From: the human T2T-CHM13v2.0 reference genome, Homo sapiens
Length of the DNA: 64,000 bases
Assembly: GCF_009914755.1 (NCBI RefSeq)
Contig: NC_060944.1
Direction: 5' to 3' (one strand)
Shown: in pieces, positions 15,299 to 30,569 of the stretch
Layout: every line of letters starts with the position of its first letter
Numbering within the stretch: position 1 is the first letter of the stretch
Notes under the pieces: model-generated
Seen by the model: only the letters and a program-made list of their open reading frames with translations
Databases searched by the model: none
What the model was told of the DNA's origin: nothing
Position numbers and translations under genes: made by a program

Positions 15299-16025
15299 AA
15301 TATGTCAGTATTTGCTTTCCGATGTAGACAGTTCTGTGTGTACTAAAAGAGTCTACAATTTGAGCTCTGATTTAAGCATCTTTCCTTCTAGAGAAATCCA
15401 TTCCTTGTATGTTTATCTTAGTCATATCCCAAGGAAGTGGTCAGGATGCTCAGATTTTACTTAATACCCTTATGAGAAATTATTTTGACTTTTTACTCCT
15501 CCACTAGGTGGTTAAACAGTGAATTTCCTTGTTTGAAGAATGCATTGATTATGTGCCAGGCAGTGTGCTAGATGCTTATACAGATTACCTAATTTAATTA
15601 TCCTAATGTTCCTTTGTGGGAAGTAGTAGTATTATTACTGTTATCCAGACAAAAAGACTGGGTTCCAGAGAGATTTATCACTTGCCCAAATAAAGTGGAA
15701 GAACCAGAATTTAAAGCAGTCTTGTAACTTTGAAGACAATTTGCTCCTCTGATGTTTCCATTTTAAGGCCTCTGTTTTGCAGAGCTCTAGCTCTAGAGCA
15801 AGAAAAAACCTACGGTTTCTCTTACAGGCTGCAAAGAGATGGTGTTCACCTCTGTGTGCTTCAAGATATGGTTTACATAGCTAATGTACAGTGCTCTTAG
15901 TCAGCATTAGTTCAAGATTAAATGTTTCAGAGCCTAAAGAGTAAGATGTCAGTGATTCCTGATGGATCTAAAATAGCAAGTAAATCGTGCAGTGGTTCAA
16001 ATGCTGGATAAAAGAGCTTATCTGC

Positions 16026-16337
16026 AGCTGGGCACGGTGGCTCACGCCTGCAATCCTAACACTTTGAGAAACTGAAATGGGTGAATTGTTTGAGCCCAGG
16101 AGTTTGAGACCAGCCTGGGCAACATGGCAAAACCCCATCTCTACAAAAAAAAAAAAAAATACAAAAAAATTATCTGGGCTTGGTGGCTCATGACTGTAGT
16201 CCCAGCTACTTGGGAGGCTGAGATGGCAGGATCGCCTGAGCTCAGGGATGTCGAGGCTGCAGTGAGCTGAGATCATGCCACTGAACTTCAGCATGGGTGA
16301 CACAGCGAGATCCTCTCTCAAAAGGAAAAAAAAAAAA
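16026..16337 (+). mobile_element. AluJ
   Basis: gagcccaggagtttgagaccagcctgggcaacatgg and gtcgaggctgcagtgagc (J-type); TSD agcttatctgca. Confidence 0.95.
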
Positions 16338-17578
16338 GCTTATCTGCATTATCTCCCAGCTCTCCTCACAACGTATATACTTAACAGAAGCTTGGCATTT
16401 TACTCCTGAATGCCCAGGATACTATGCATACATTTCCCTCCCTGCTGGTAGGTGTTTCTCTGGGAAGAGGAAAACCACAGCACTTTGCCGAGGAAGATTA
16501 GAATCAGCGTGGGGAAAATTCTGAATTGGGCGCAGAGGGCTCCGACTGAGTGTGGGATAGGGGGATTCAAGGACAAGGACGGACCAGGAAGGTCATGCAT
16601 TCAGGCCTGAGACCCGTTTCATCAACCTTGGGTACAGGGTGTGTGCGCATATAACTACACATAAATCCAGATTAAGGAGAGACAGACAAATTTTCCAACA
16701 CTTGTAGGCACAAATCAGTTCATTTATTTATTCATCTATAGAACAAGCATTTATTGAGTACTTTTGATGAGCTAGGCTCTGTGTCCACAGATTTCTCATC
16801 TTAGTCTGCTTCTCAAAGCTTTATTAGGCCTTCCATGGGTGCAGCTATATGCCAGCCTCAGGAAACCTATCTTTCTGAAAAATACATTTTTTTTTCTTTC
16901 AAAGGAAAGGAGAAGCTAGTTTCTGAGGGACACAAGAAAATCAAAGAAACCAGAGCAAAGTGCAGGATGCCATATTCCTAATAGCAGGAAGAAAACAGGG
17001 TCCTGTTGTACCTTAGTGACCCCGAATTCCTCAGGGTGGAGCAAATGCAGAAGGGCTCCAGGGCCATCTGCATCTGTGATTTTCATTATTGCATCCTCTC
17101 TGTCTCTTCCGTCCTGTATATACCAGTAATTAAACTGACAATGAGAAATGCACATCTAGGTGTCAGGATAGAGTGAGTGGGGCCATGGTGGACATTGTGG
17201 GAAGGGACAGAATGGATGTGCTCTGCCATGAGTGGACCACCATCACTAAAATGGACAGTTGTTGTACCAAAAAAGAACCATAGACAGAGACCATAGACAG
17301 AAAGGACACATACTCCTTTGGGAAATATGTACTGCAGCAAAGAAGGGTCACTTATTGCTATAAATTTTCCTCTACGTACTGCTTTAGTAGTATCTCACAA
17401 ATGCAAATTTTAATGTATTGTTTTCCTTTTCATTTAGTTCAAAGTACTTTATTTTGATTTCACCTTTGACCCAGAACTTATCTAGAGGTATGTTATTTGT
17501 GTTCAGATATTTCTGTTTTTCATTTTAATTTGATTTTACCATGGTCAAAGAACATATTTTTTACAACTTTAAAATTTT

Positions 17579-17888
<310 letters not shown>

Positions 17889-18180
17889 TTGAAAATGTGT
17901 TAATTTAATAATTTGAAGACTTGTTTCATGGGCCAGAATATGGTTTATCTTGGTAAATATTCTGTGTTCACTTGAAAAGCATTTGTATTGTATTGTTAGG
18001 TGGAATGTTCTCTAAACATCAATTTAGTCAAGTAGTTTATTGTGTATTATTCACTTTTCTTTGCATTTACTGATTTTCTGTCAACCTCTTTATCAGTTAT
18101 TGAGAAAGAGGTATTGAAATCTCTAGGTTTCCACCTGTAATTGCTGATTTGTCTATTTCTTCTTGTTATTTAGTCAGTTC

Positions 18181-18491
<311 letters not shown>

Positions 18492-18537
18492 TAGTCAGTT
18501 TCTGATTTTTGTGTTTGAAGCTTTGTTTTTGGGCATG

Positions 18538-18890
18538 TGATATGATTTGGCTGTGTCCCCACCCAAATCTCAACTTCAATTGTATCTCCCAGAATTCCCA
18601 CCTGTTGTGGGAGGGACCCAGGAGGAGGTAATTGAATCATGGGGGCTGGTCTTTCCCATGGTATTCTCATGATAGTGAATAATTCTCACGAGATCTAATG
18701 GGTTTATCAGGAGTTTCTGCTTTTGCTTCTTCCTCATTTTCTCTTGCTATTACCATGTAAGAAGTGCCTTTCACCTCCTACATGATTCTGAGGCCTCCAC
18801 AGCCATGTGGAACCATAAGTCCAATTAAACCTCTTTTTCTTCCCAGTCTCAGGTACGTCTTTGCCAGCTGCGTAAAAACAGACTAATATA
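18538..18890 (+). mobile_element. THE1 (THE1A-like) MaLR solo LTR
   Basis: tgatatgatttggctgtgtccccacccaaatctc...gactaatata; perfect 5-bp TSD gcatg (18533-18537 / 18891-18895). Confidence 0.95.
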
Positions 18891-19599
18891 GCATGTAAAT
18901 GTTTGGGATTGTTATGTCTCTTATGAATTTACATCTTTATCATTATAAAACAATTTTTTTCTATCCTTGGTAAAATTTCTTGCTCTGAAATTTAGTCTGA
19001 TATTAATATAATCATTACAGAATTTTTTAAAAATGGACTTTATTGTTTTAGAACACTTTTTATACTTACAGAAAATTTGAGAAGATAATACAGAAAGCTC
19101 ATATACTTCAAGCTATGGGATGAATTGTGTTCAACAAAGAAGGTATGTTGAAGTTTTAACCTCCTCAAAATATGACTTCATTTGAAAACAGTGTAATTGT
19201 AAACAACTATTCTAAGTTTATTTTCAAATGACACTAAACCACTTCAAGGATAATGCAGGTATCTTAAACAGAGTATTGTCAGTTCTTCCCTCCAGTTCCT
19301 TATAAAATGGTTGTCATTCATTTCATTTGTCTATATGCTATAATTATTCAATACATATTACTATTTTTCTTCTTAACAAATTGTTAACTACTGGATCAAT
19401 TAAGAATATAAAAAATGAAAGATTTAATTTTGTCTTCATTCCTTCTTCCTGGATGCTTTTCTTTTCTAAGGTAAATCCAAAATTCTGACCTATCATTTTT
19501 CTTCTCTTTCAAGAACTGCTTTTAATATTTCTTGCACAGAAGGTCTGTGACTAAATTTCCTGTTTTTGTATGTTTAAGAAAGTCTTTATTTCTTCTTCA

Positions 19600-20190
19600 T
19601 TTTTTATTTTAAATCAGGTAAAATTTATATAACATAAAATTAACCATTTTAAAATGAACTGTTCAATGGCATTTAGTACACTCACAATGTTGTACAACTA
19701 TCACCTCTATTCAGTTCAAAAATTTCACCCTAAAAGAAAATGCTGTGCTTATTCAGCTGTTGCATCTCATTTCTCTATCTTTCTAAGCCCTAAAAACTAC
19801 CAATTGGGGTCTGTCTCTATGGATTTACTACATCACATATTTTATATAAATGGAATTATACAATATATAATCTTTTTTGCCTGTGCTTCCTTTGGTAGAC
19901 ATAATATTGTTAAGGCACACCCATATTGTAGCATGTATCAGTGCTTCATTTCTTTTCCTGGTTAAATAATATTTTATTGTATGTACATATTATAATTTGC
20001 CCATTTATTCATTTATGGGCGTTTGGGTTACTCCCACCTTTTGACTATTGCAAATAGTGCTGATCTTAATATGTGTGTACAGTGTACATGTGTTTGTTTG
20101 AGTATGTTTTTAATTTTTTTGATATATACCTATGAGTGGAACTTTTGAATAATGTGGAAAACCTATGTTTAACTTGTTGAAGAACTTCAC
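19600..20190 (-). mobile_element. L1MB-like 3' end nested in an older L1
   Basis: aacataaaattaaccattttaaa...gcatttagtacactcacaatgttgtacaactatcacc. Confidence 0.8.
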
Positions 20191-22381
20191 CCTAACATTT
20201 GAAAATAAATTTCACTTGATATAGAATTCTTGGTTGTTCTCTTACTTTTTATTTGGCACTTTTAATATTTCATTGTATTTTCTTCTTGCTTGCATAGTTT
20301 CTGATAAGAAATCTGCTGTAATTTTCATCCTTATTCCTTGAGGTAACATGTTTCTTTTCCTCTGGAAGTGCTCAAGATTTTCTCCTTGTGTTTGGTTTTC
20401 TGCAGTTTGAATTTGATATATTTGAGTGTAGATTTTTGGCATTGTTCTTGCTTGGTACTCTGTGCTTTCTATATCTGAGGTTTTGTACCTGTCAATAATT
20501 TGGGGAATTTCTTAGCCATTATTCAAATAGTTATTCTGTTTCATTATCCCTTTTATTCTGGCACACCAATAACACATATGTCACACCTTTTGGAATGCCC
20601 CACTGTTCTTGGCTATTTTGTACTTTTATTTATTTTTCATTCTTTTTTCGTTTCATTTTGAGAAGTTTCTATTGACATGAATTTAAGCTCTTCTGATTTT
20701 TTTTACTTGATTTTGTCTAATCTACTGATGAGTCTATTCTTCACTTCTGTTATAGTGCTTTTGTTTCCTGTTTGATCTTTCTTAGAATTTCCAACTCTGT
20801 ACTTGCTCACATTACCCATCTGTTCTTACATGTTGTCTACTTTTTCCCTTAAAGCATTTAACATATTAATTATTTAAAATTATCTGCCTGATAATTACAA
20901 AATCTATGTTATATTTGATTCTGATTCTGATGCTTGTCTCTTCAATTTTTTTTTTGCCTTTTAGCATGCCATGTATACTTTTGTTGAAAATTAAACATGA
21001 CTTATTGAGTAATAGGAACTAAGGTAAAAGGGCTTTTGTGTACATTGCTATGGAAACTGAGCTAGGCATTGGCTCTGTTTAATGTTTTCTTTATCTATGC
21101 GTATTAAAGATTTCAATTTCCTCTGGTGTCCTTGATTTTTTTTTCCTTTTTTGTGTTTGAGTTTTCCTAAAAACTCCTTTTTAATAGTCTGTGCCTTGCA
21201 GTTCTTTTAACTGTAATTCACTGTTATTATATGAAAGCTTTGATGACAGGGTGGTAAGGTATACACTTTCTATAATGCTATGATTAAGCCTCAGTCTTTT
21301 AGTGGGCTTCTGTCTCTGATCTGTGACCATCCTAAGTGTATCTCAGTGTTTTTTCCCATATTAGGTAAGACATGAAGGGTAGAGGGTGGAGAATGGAGAC
21401 ATTTCCCTTACTGCACAGTGGATATGGCTTTAGTAAAGTCTTTTCTCTTGCCAAGTAGACTTGTCTTATGGAGAATGCTCTGGGCATATTTCAAAGTGGT
21501 TACTTTATCCTTCCTTCTGCCATAAATGTAAGGCTTTTCTCTTGCCTCTTTACTGTGAGAAATGGGTAGGTTTTCTGTTGTTTTCAGGAGGTAAAAACCC
21601 AAGGAACAGTAGAGGCTTCCCTAAGAGTGTGGTTTCTAGGAATTCTTCACTCTCCAGCTACTTCACACTAAGACTCCAGCAATTTATTAAAATTATGATT
21701 TAAGCATTACTATCAGCTAATGGCTCCAGCTACTTCTGCTCCAAGTAAGCTAGTCATGGCTGCAGAACCATGCAGTTTCTTATCTTTCTAGATTTCTTGG
21801 TGGTACTTTGCCCTGTGACCTCAATTCTCTGATGGACTCAGAAAAAGTCATGATTTTTGGTTTGTTCAGGTTTTTTTTTTCTTATTGTACGAATAGAAGT
21901 GATAACCTTCAAGACCTTTACATGTCAGAGCTAAAAGCCAGTATTTATTTCACTGGTGTTAGTATAATATATCCTTTCCCATCATTTAACTTTTAGTCTA
22001 TTTGCATCTTTATATTCCAATATTTTTATAGGTAACATTTAGTTAGGTTTTGTTATTTTATCCAATCTGACAATCTCAGCCTTTTAATTTGAGAGTTTAG
22101 GTCATTTACATTTAATATATTTATTAATATGGTTCAGTTTAAATCTATTCTCTTTCTCTTTGGTTTCTGTCTGACTAATTTCTTCTCCTGTTTTTTTCTT
22201 CTACCCTCTGTTTAATTAATTGAGTACTTTCTGCGATTCCATTTTATATTCTTTAGCTCTTGTCTATTATTACATTTTACTGGTTGCTTTAAAGTTTATA
22301 GTTTACAATATATATTCTTAACTTACTACAGTTTACCTTCAAGTGATATTATATACTTTGTATGCATTATAAGAACCTTAA

Positions 22382-22733
<352 letters not shown>

Positions 22734-22926
22734 ATTCTTTTCTGGGCTTTTTTGTTACTGTGGTAATACCTTTTAGTTTTATATATGTTATAAAGTATGC
22801 ATCACATATTTATTATTTTGTTTAAACAGCCAATTGCATCTTGAAGGATTTAAACAATAAGAACAAAATCTTACATATTTGTCCACAGACTTAATATTTC
22901 TTGTGCTATTTATTTGTTTAAAACAT

Positions 22927-23435
22927 GTGTATTAGGCAGAAGAATAGTCTTTTACCTCCATGATGTCAATGTCATAATTTGCAGACCCTTTGAATATTTT
23001 AACATATATAATGAAAGAGATTTTGCAGATGTGATCAAAGTTAAGGACCTTGTAATAGGAGCTTATCCTGGATTATTCAGAAGGCCCTCACTTAATCACT
23101 TAATTCTCTAAAAGGAAAGAACCTTTCCTGGCTGAAGTCAGAGGCTGAGGTCAGAGGAAGACGTGACTATAGAAGAATGATCATAGGATTGCAATATTGC
23201 TGGTCTTGAAGACAGAGGAAGGATGTGGGTTACATCTAGAAACTGGAAAAGGTAAGGAAACAGATTCCCCTTCAGTACCTTCAAAAAGAAACACAACTTT
23301 GCCAATATCTTGATTTTTAGCCTAGTGCTCTCTGTGTCAGTCTTATGATCTATAGAACTATACGATAATAAATTTGTTTTTTTAAGCCACCAAGTTTGTG
23401 GTAACTTGTTAGAGTAGCAATAGAAAACTAATACA
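22927..23435 (+). mobile_element. MLT1 (C/D-like) MaLR solo LTR
   Basis: ttttgcagatgtgatcaaagttaagg...tttaagccaccaagtttgtggtaacttgtt...aactaataca. Confidence 0.88.
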
Positions 23436-23439
23436 TGAT

Positions 23440-23675
23440 GTATCATCAGTGAGAATACCATCACCCCCAAGAGGATGAAATTGGTTCTTGGATGCCAACA
23501 TACTTTTTTATGTATAAATATTACTTTTTGTGTGTAAATCATGAATATGCATGCAGTACATAAATAGATATACAGTGTATCTGTGGCATTAAAACTTTAT
23601 GACTTAGTACTTAGGGAAAAAAGTCTAAAAAGACTCCTTAGGGGATGATAATAAGAAACACTTGAGAAACACTGG
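23440..23675. mobile_element. hAT-Charlie-type MER fragment
   Basis: Ends in Charlie-type TIR ttgagaaacactg. Confidence 0.5.
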
Positions 23676-25704
23676 TTCAGATGCATATTTTCATCATCTT
23701 ATTTTCCTTCAGCCTGAAGTATTTCCTTTATTGTGTCTTGTGGTGTAACTTTACCATCTGTAGGTGGTAAATTATTTCAGTGTTTCTATGTCTGAAAAAA
23801 ACTTTAGTTTGCTTTCATATTTGAAAAATACTCCTGCTGGGTATAGAATTCTACATTGACAGTTTTTTACCCCTTTTATTACTTTAAAAGATTGTTGCAC
23901 TGTCTTTTGTTTTTCTGGTTTCTGACATAAAGTTCACTGTTATCCCTAAACTTGCTCTTCTGTGTTTAACATGTCCTTTTTCTTTGTCTATTTTGAAAGT
24001 TTGTACTCATCACTTGTTTTGAGAAATTTGGTTATGCTCTGCTTTGGGTTAGTTTTCTATGTTTGGTGTTTATAGGGCTTTTCAAATCTACATATTTATA
24101 GTTTTAATCTAACTTGGAAACATTTGGGCAACTGTTTCCTCAATTTTTGTTTTCTTCTCCTCTTTTGGGTATTCCAATTTAGTGTATATTAGATCTCTTA
24201 AAATCGTCCTACAGATCACTAATGCTTTTCTCCATTTCTTTTTTACTTTTTTAAAGTATTTGATTTTGCATCATTTCTATTACCATGTCTTCAAGTTTAC
24301 TAATGTTTCTTCCAGTTATATCTAAGCTACATACATCATAGATCTTTCTCTCAAACATTTTACATTTTACCAATAATATTTTGGTTTATATTTATATTTG
24401 TCCTGTCTCTACTTAATTTTTAAACATATGAGAAAAATTATACATCCAATGTCCTTGCTTACTAATTTTAATATCTGTGCTGATACTGGGAAGTTTTAAT
24501 TTATTGATTTTTTTCTTATTATTTTAGTTTTTGTTTGCATACTTGGTAATTCTTGATTGTGTACCAGATATTGTGAAGTTTGCATTTTTGGATGTTTGAT
24601 GCTTGCATGTGTGTGTGTGTGCATGTTCTTAACCTTTGTTCTGAATAAGGTTACTTGAAAACTGGTTCTCTAGAATTTTGTGTTTTAAGATTTGTTAGGG
24701 GAGACCAGAACATTGTTTATTCTACGACTAATCTTTCTCTAGTACTGAGGCAAGAACCTATGCTGAGAAAAATATGAGCATTTCTTTGAATTCATTAAGA
24801 GAGGGTGTTATTATTGATCAGCCGTGTCAATCATGGAGAGCAGATGGAAGAGGTAGCACATGTACCCATTATCTGCATTCTATATTATGTATATTCGTGT
24901 AATAAAGAACCAAGAATGATTACCTTGGAATTTTCCCAAGATACTGAGATACTCCAAGTAGGGGGGCATCAGGGAAGATGACTGAGATTATTACTCACAT
25001 TTTAAAATAAGTAAGGTCGAAGAGGCTAAATGACTTTTTAAATTCAATGAGACTTCAATGCAAGAACCAGGATTTGAATTCCATTTAACCCCATTTTTAA
25101 ATAGCCAATTTAATTGGAGAGATGGAAGCAAAATGACAGACAATGAAAGTGATATTGGGGCTTCACAAGACTATTTCACTGTCCCTTAACTACATTATGT
25201 AAGTTGCTGTGTCATCTACCCATTCTAGGTGAGGACCACACGTGGAAAAGGGAGGCTGAGAATGTAAGACATCAGCAGAGTGTGGATCTGATAGCTGTGT
25301 TGGAACTAATGGAAGATAGATGGTTTGAGAGGTAAGGAGATGGCTGGGCACTGCTGGGAATGTTTTGAAGGCACATCTGGGCTAAACAGGGAGTATCATG
25401 AATGATTAGCAGTATTTGCTTTGAGCTTGGTGAAATGAAGGTAAAGGAGTGTAAATAAAGGCCATTATGTTAACAACCTAGGCTTCTTTTCACAAGATCA
25501 TGACAAAGACCTTGGTGGATAAAATCTTGCTGGTTGTATTACTTTTTTGTTTATTTGCAGTTAGTTAGTTTGAAATTTCCTAGGTGAAACCATTTCCCCT
25601 TATTGCAAATATTTTTCATGGGACTATTGATGTCATTCTTCCACTCCCTTGCAGCAGGATGGACAGATAACCACAGAACCCACCAAAATTCTTCTCTGGA
25701 AATG

Positions 25705-26222
25705 ATGCATATATATATGCAGGCACATAAAAATATTTATATAGAGATATATATCTTTTCTATATATAATACACATATTTTATAGATAAAAATATTTTAT
25801 CTATAGAAATATACACTTTTCTCTCTATATATTTATTAATATTTAAATTATATTTATATGTTAGAATATATAGAGAAATATATATAGAATATATATAGAG
25901 AAAATACATATTTTCTATTTTCTCTATATATTATTTACATATTATATATAGAAAATATATATATTATCTATATATTTCTACATGTATTCTATATATTTCT
26001 GTATATTATATATAATTATATATTATATAGAAATATATATCATATATTAAAATACATAATGTATATTCAAATACTTTGTTTTTATATATAAAATACTTTT
26101 ATATAACAGTATTTCTATAAAAATAAATATTTTATATATTTCTATATATCTATATTTCTATGTCTAGCATAGAAATATATATATTATTAAAAATATGTAA
26201 TATATATTTTTATAGAAATACT
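25705..26222. repeat. AT-rich/(TA)n-like low-complexity tract
   Basis: ~500 bp of degenerate tatata repeats. Confidence 0.95.
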
Positions 26223-26435
26223 TTGTTTTGGTTTGCTGAGCTATAAAAATATGTCGGGGGCTAACAGTGAGCATCTCTTCTAGTTTCATGGTGAAGATGA
26301 TGATGGTAAAGGGTCTGGACTGAGCCACACTTGAAAGATAACAAATATACTTGAGAATCTCAATTGAGCCATTCCTGAAACTAACATGAACTTCCTTGTT
26401 ATATAGGCCAAACAATTCCATTATGTTCTTAAACC

Positions 26436-26890
26436 AGTATCTCAGTTTGGTTTCCCCAGAAGCAGACCTTGAGACAAGGATTTAAGTGCAAGTTCTTTAT
26501 CTTAGAGATAATACTAGGATATAATAGTATGAAAGAAGAGAAGCAAAACAAGGAACAGAAGACAGTCACTAAAAGTCTTCTTATCCAGGCAGTAACCACA
26601 ATACATAATTGGAGCGTAATCTCTTTGGGAAACCTTAGGAGCCAGTATAAAAATGTGTCTGCAGATTATCCCACCTGTGGAGAGAGGGGTTGGGGGTATC
26701 TATGTACTATGCCCTTTAGTCAGTTATTGAGTTGTGATCCCAGGAGACATCAATTCCTGGAAGTTCTGGCTGCCTTGTGGGTGGGTGGCAGCATGGGCTC
26801 GTAGAACCAGAGGAAGCCCTCAGGCAACGAAATGCAGGGCTGGCCAATTTAAGTTGGGCTAGTGTGGACTGAGGTGAGGGTGAAGAGACA
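26436..26890 (-). mobile_element. LTR16-like ERVL solo LTR
   Basis: cagtttggtttccccagaagcagaccttgagacaaggatttaagtgcaagt. Confidence 0.7.
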
Positions 26891-29559
26891 TGAGTGTCGC
26901 AAAGGCGAGGTCTGTCGCAGCTTCACTGAGTTGAATTTCCATCACCTGCAACAGAGAGTGCTGGGAGAATTCAGGGCCCCTCATGTGCTCTCAGACCTGA
27001 TCCATGCCACCATCCAGCTTTGTAGAGAAGGCAGCACTGTTTCCCTTTCTTGAAGGATCACCCTGCCCTCTAGGTGGCATATGTGTGTACCCCAAGATCT
27101 AGACACTGAGAATGGAACTCGGTAGCCTCTCTGCGGAGAAAGACAAACCCTTATGAAGATCAGATGAGGCTTTCATTGCAGGAGGCCTTATACTATTTAC
27201 CCACTGACAACTTCTTTCTCATGAAAGTTTGTTTTCAGGGTTGTGCCCTGCCTAATGTGATTTGTTTATTTTTCTTGAGTGAGAACCAGCTTTGGCTTTT
27301 AGGATTTGGCCTCAGTTGTATTTCCCATTAGTCATTTTCCCTGCAATAAATGTTGTTGGCTGTAAAGTTGGAGTCCTTTTAGCACAACTGGGAGGGGCTT
27401 GAGGCTCCCAAATATTGGCCTTTTTCTAGAGGAAGCAAAAAGAATAGCATGAGGTAAAGAAGAGTGTCTGAAGTCAGTAACTATTGTTTTGATATGCTTA
27501 GATTTTACCCCCACATCTTATTCTTTACCCACCCAAATCTTTGACACTAGAACATGAGAAGGAAAATAAGGCAGGCAGGCAGGAAGTGATGGTGGTACAA
27601 AATTAGGCTGGAGTGATGGGCAGGAACCATCTCCCTTAGTTCTAAGATCAACCCAAGGAAGGTCATGTCCTCAAGGAAGGATGGATCATTCCCACATTCA
27701 AACTGTAAACACCATCATCTCACTTTTTATAAAGGCTTTCTTATGAGCTCCTGAAGTTGAGCGTTAACTGGTAAATGTGATCGTGTACCACATTCCCCCT
27801 CCTCTCTTGCCCCAGACCCTGCCAACACTACAATCTTCATCAGATCACACCCAATCAGAGAACACTTAGTGTAGATACTAAGAGTTGGGGGTGCATTGTT
27901 CAAAATCTCTGATCTTTGGTAAAGTTCACTCATTAAGTCTGTTTTTTTAAGCATCTGATCCATTCCAGGGACCGTTTTAGACACCTGCAATAAAGTGATG
28001 AAAAAGAAAGACAGTCTCAGTCCTCAAGAAACTTCTGTTCTGATTAGATAGGCAGAAGACAAATAAGAAAGACATTAATTCAATAGTTATGCAACATCTC
28101 TGTGCCTTAGTTTCCACCAACATATGTGAAATGGAGTCAATAAAAACACCCACTTTGTGTTGTAAGAGTTAGATGACCTAAGATGGAATCGATGGAAGAG
28201 ACCCTCGCTTATTCATCATTGCTCCCTGTGTATCCATTCTCTGGTAGAGGCTGAATTCTAAAGATTCTGGTCAGCAAAGCCCTAAATCTGAACATGCTTG
28301 AATCAGATGAATTCTGCAAGGGACTGGCACAGAATAGGGAACCCTTCTTGTGCTCTGGACACAAACCCTAAGCCAGGTGTACCTGGACATCATTTTCTAG
28401 GATGCACAAAGGGTCTTCATTCATTAATGCCTTGCACATGTCAGAAGGGAAGAGAGGCTTTGGGCCTCAGCCTTGCCATTCAGACCCAGCTCCTTACTGG
28501 TACAACCCTTCCATATCCCTTACTTCCAGGGCCTGGGAGCATGGTCTGCAATGCCCAATCATGTCTGGATGTGCCTCCAGGTTCAGACATTACTATCCCT
28601 GCTTTTTCTGGTTTTCATTTCCTTTTCTTGTGTGCTAGGCTTTTGAAATACATATTGCAGCCACTTGTTGCCCTGTTTTCTAAGCTGCCTTGAACTGCTG
28701 CCAGAGGCTGTTGCCAGAGGAGCTAATGACTAAGTCACTCTCCTTTTGGCCTCTGGCAGGACTGGAAATCCACTTGGGGATGGGGTAGCAAAGGCCCAGC
28801 CATCCTGAACCAATCAGGAAACCACAATAAAAGTGCCGACCAGGGAGTCAGTCACTCACCCTCAAAGCTCAGCGCTGAGCTCAGCATGGAGGTGTCCACC
28901 AGGCTGGGGATGCTCTAGTTTGCTTCTGCAGAACCACATCAGAAGCAGAGACTCAGGCACAAAGGCAGGACCTTCAGAGAAGCCTTGGGGGGTATCCCAG
29001 GGTCAGCAGGAAAGAGAAACTCACTGTGTTTCTGAGCCAGGAAAGACAGAGAACAGCAAAGAAACTCCAGGCTGTGAGCCAAAGACGGCAAACCCAGGTG
29101 AAGTAGATTATGAATAACAATAATAAATAATAGTTAACAGCTATTTTGAACTTACTTCATGTAAGGCCTTATCCAAACACTTTTAAAGTCCTACCTCATT
29201 CAGTTCTTCCAATAACCCTGTCAGATAGGCTCTATTATTTTTCTCACTTTCAGAATAGGAAACTGAGTCACAGATTTAGTTTGCAGTGGCCCAATGTTGT
29301 CCCAGTGATTCCCTCTTACAGGACAATTGCAATCCTCTTGGTTAGTAATCCTGATTTCAAAATGCATTTCCCAGTTGGTTTATTTGTTCAGGTGTATCCA
29401 GCACTTGTACTGAGAGCTCAGGATAGAGAAGATAAGACAGTCCTGGTCTTTGTCTGGCTGATTCTGATGGCCACAGCATCTCCAGCCACCCATTTTGACC
29501 TGTTCTTGTTTTCACCTTTGCTTTCCATTATTTATGGGGGTTTATAGTACAGTAAACCA

Positions 29560-29639
29560 TTAGGTTGGTGCAAAAGTCATTGTGGTTTTTGCCTTTAATT
29601 TCAATGTCAAAAACCACAATGACTTTTGCAGCAATCTAA
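29560..29639. mobile_element. MADE1 (Hsmar1-derived MITE)
   Basis: 80-bp palindrome ttaggttggtgcaaaagt...acttttgcagcaatctaa. Confidence 0.95.
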
Positions 29640-30027
29640 TAGTTTCTATTTTCTGCCCATCTCCTACACCTTCATCTCTCTTGGATTTGCCATCACCTAG
29701 AATGTGCCTCTTCCCTATCTACCAATTTTGCTCTTTTGAGTTCTGCCTGTCCTCCAAGTATCACCTACAGTTTCCAATGTTGCTGCCTTCATTAAGCTTT
29801 TCACAAGAACCCCAACCTCAGGTCTTCTCTCTCTCCTCTGAACTGAGGGGATGAACACTTTGCAGCAAGTTTAGAGATTTTTACCTCATACTTCCTTGCA
29901 TTGTCCATTTCCTTTATAACTGAAGAGAAATGGCCGTATCTTATCACTCTTTCAGTTTCTTCCATATGCTATTATGGAGTAGTTAAAAATAGCTTATGGA
30001 TTAAGGAAATAATTTAACAAAAAGGAT

Positions 30028-30569
30028 ATGGTGGGCAGCTTCTAAGAGGGCACTATGATCCCCACCTCCTGGTATTCACGTCATTATGTAACCTTCTCCC
30101 CTTGAGTGTGGGCAGAACCTGTGACTTTCCTCTAGCCAATACAATACAGCAATACTTATAGGCTGCCACGTCTATGGTTAGGTTATGTAAAGTTGTGAAT
30201 TCCATCTTGTTAGTAGACTCTCACTGGCTTTGAAGAAGCAAGCATCCATGTTGGGAAGGCCTACCTGGCAAGGAAATGAGGGCAGACTACAGCCAAGGAG
30301 AAACTGAGGCTCTCAGCCCCACAGCCATTAAAGAACTGAGTTTCGCCATCAACTCCATGAGGTTAGAAGCAGATCCTTCACAGTGCAGCCTTCAGATGAG
30401 ACCTCAACCCTGGCTGACGGTTTCAGTTATACTTTGAGACACCCTGAACCAGACAGCCCATGTAAACTGTGCCCTCGTTGCTGACCCACAGAAATTACAA
30501 GATGATAAATGCATGTTGTGTTAGTCCATTATATTTGTGGTAATTTGGTACACAGTGATGGATAATACA
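30028..30569 (+). mobile_element. MLT1 (F-like) MaLR solo LTR
   Basis: ccccacctcctggtattcac...ccccttgagtgtgggcag...ctgacccacagaaa...gataataca. Confidence 0.85.

Noticed and set aside
17086-17351. Hydrophobic minus-strand ORFs suggesting an olfactory receptor or other membrane-protein fragment
   Set aside because: No recognisable OR/GPCR motifs (e.g. MAYDRYVAIC, PMLNPFIY); short, with non-ATG starts.
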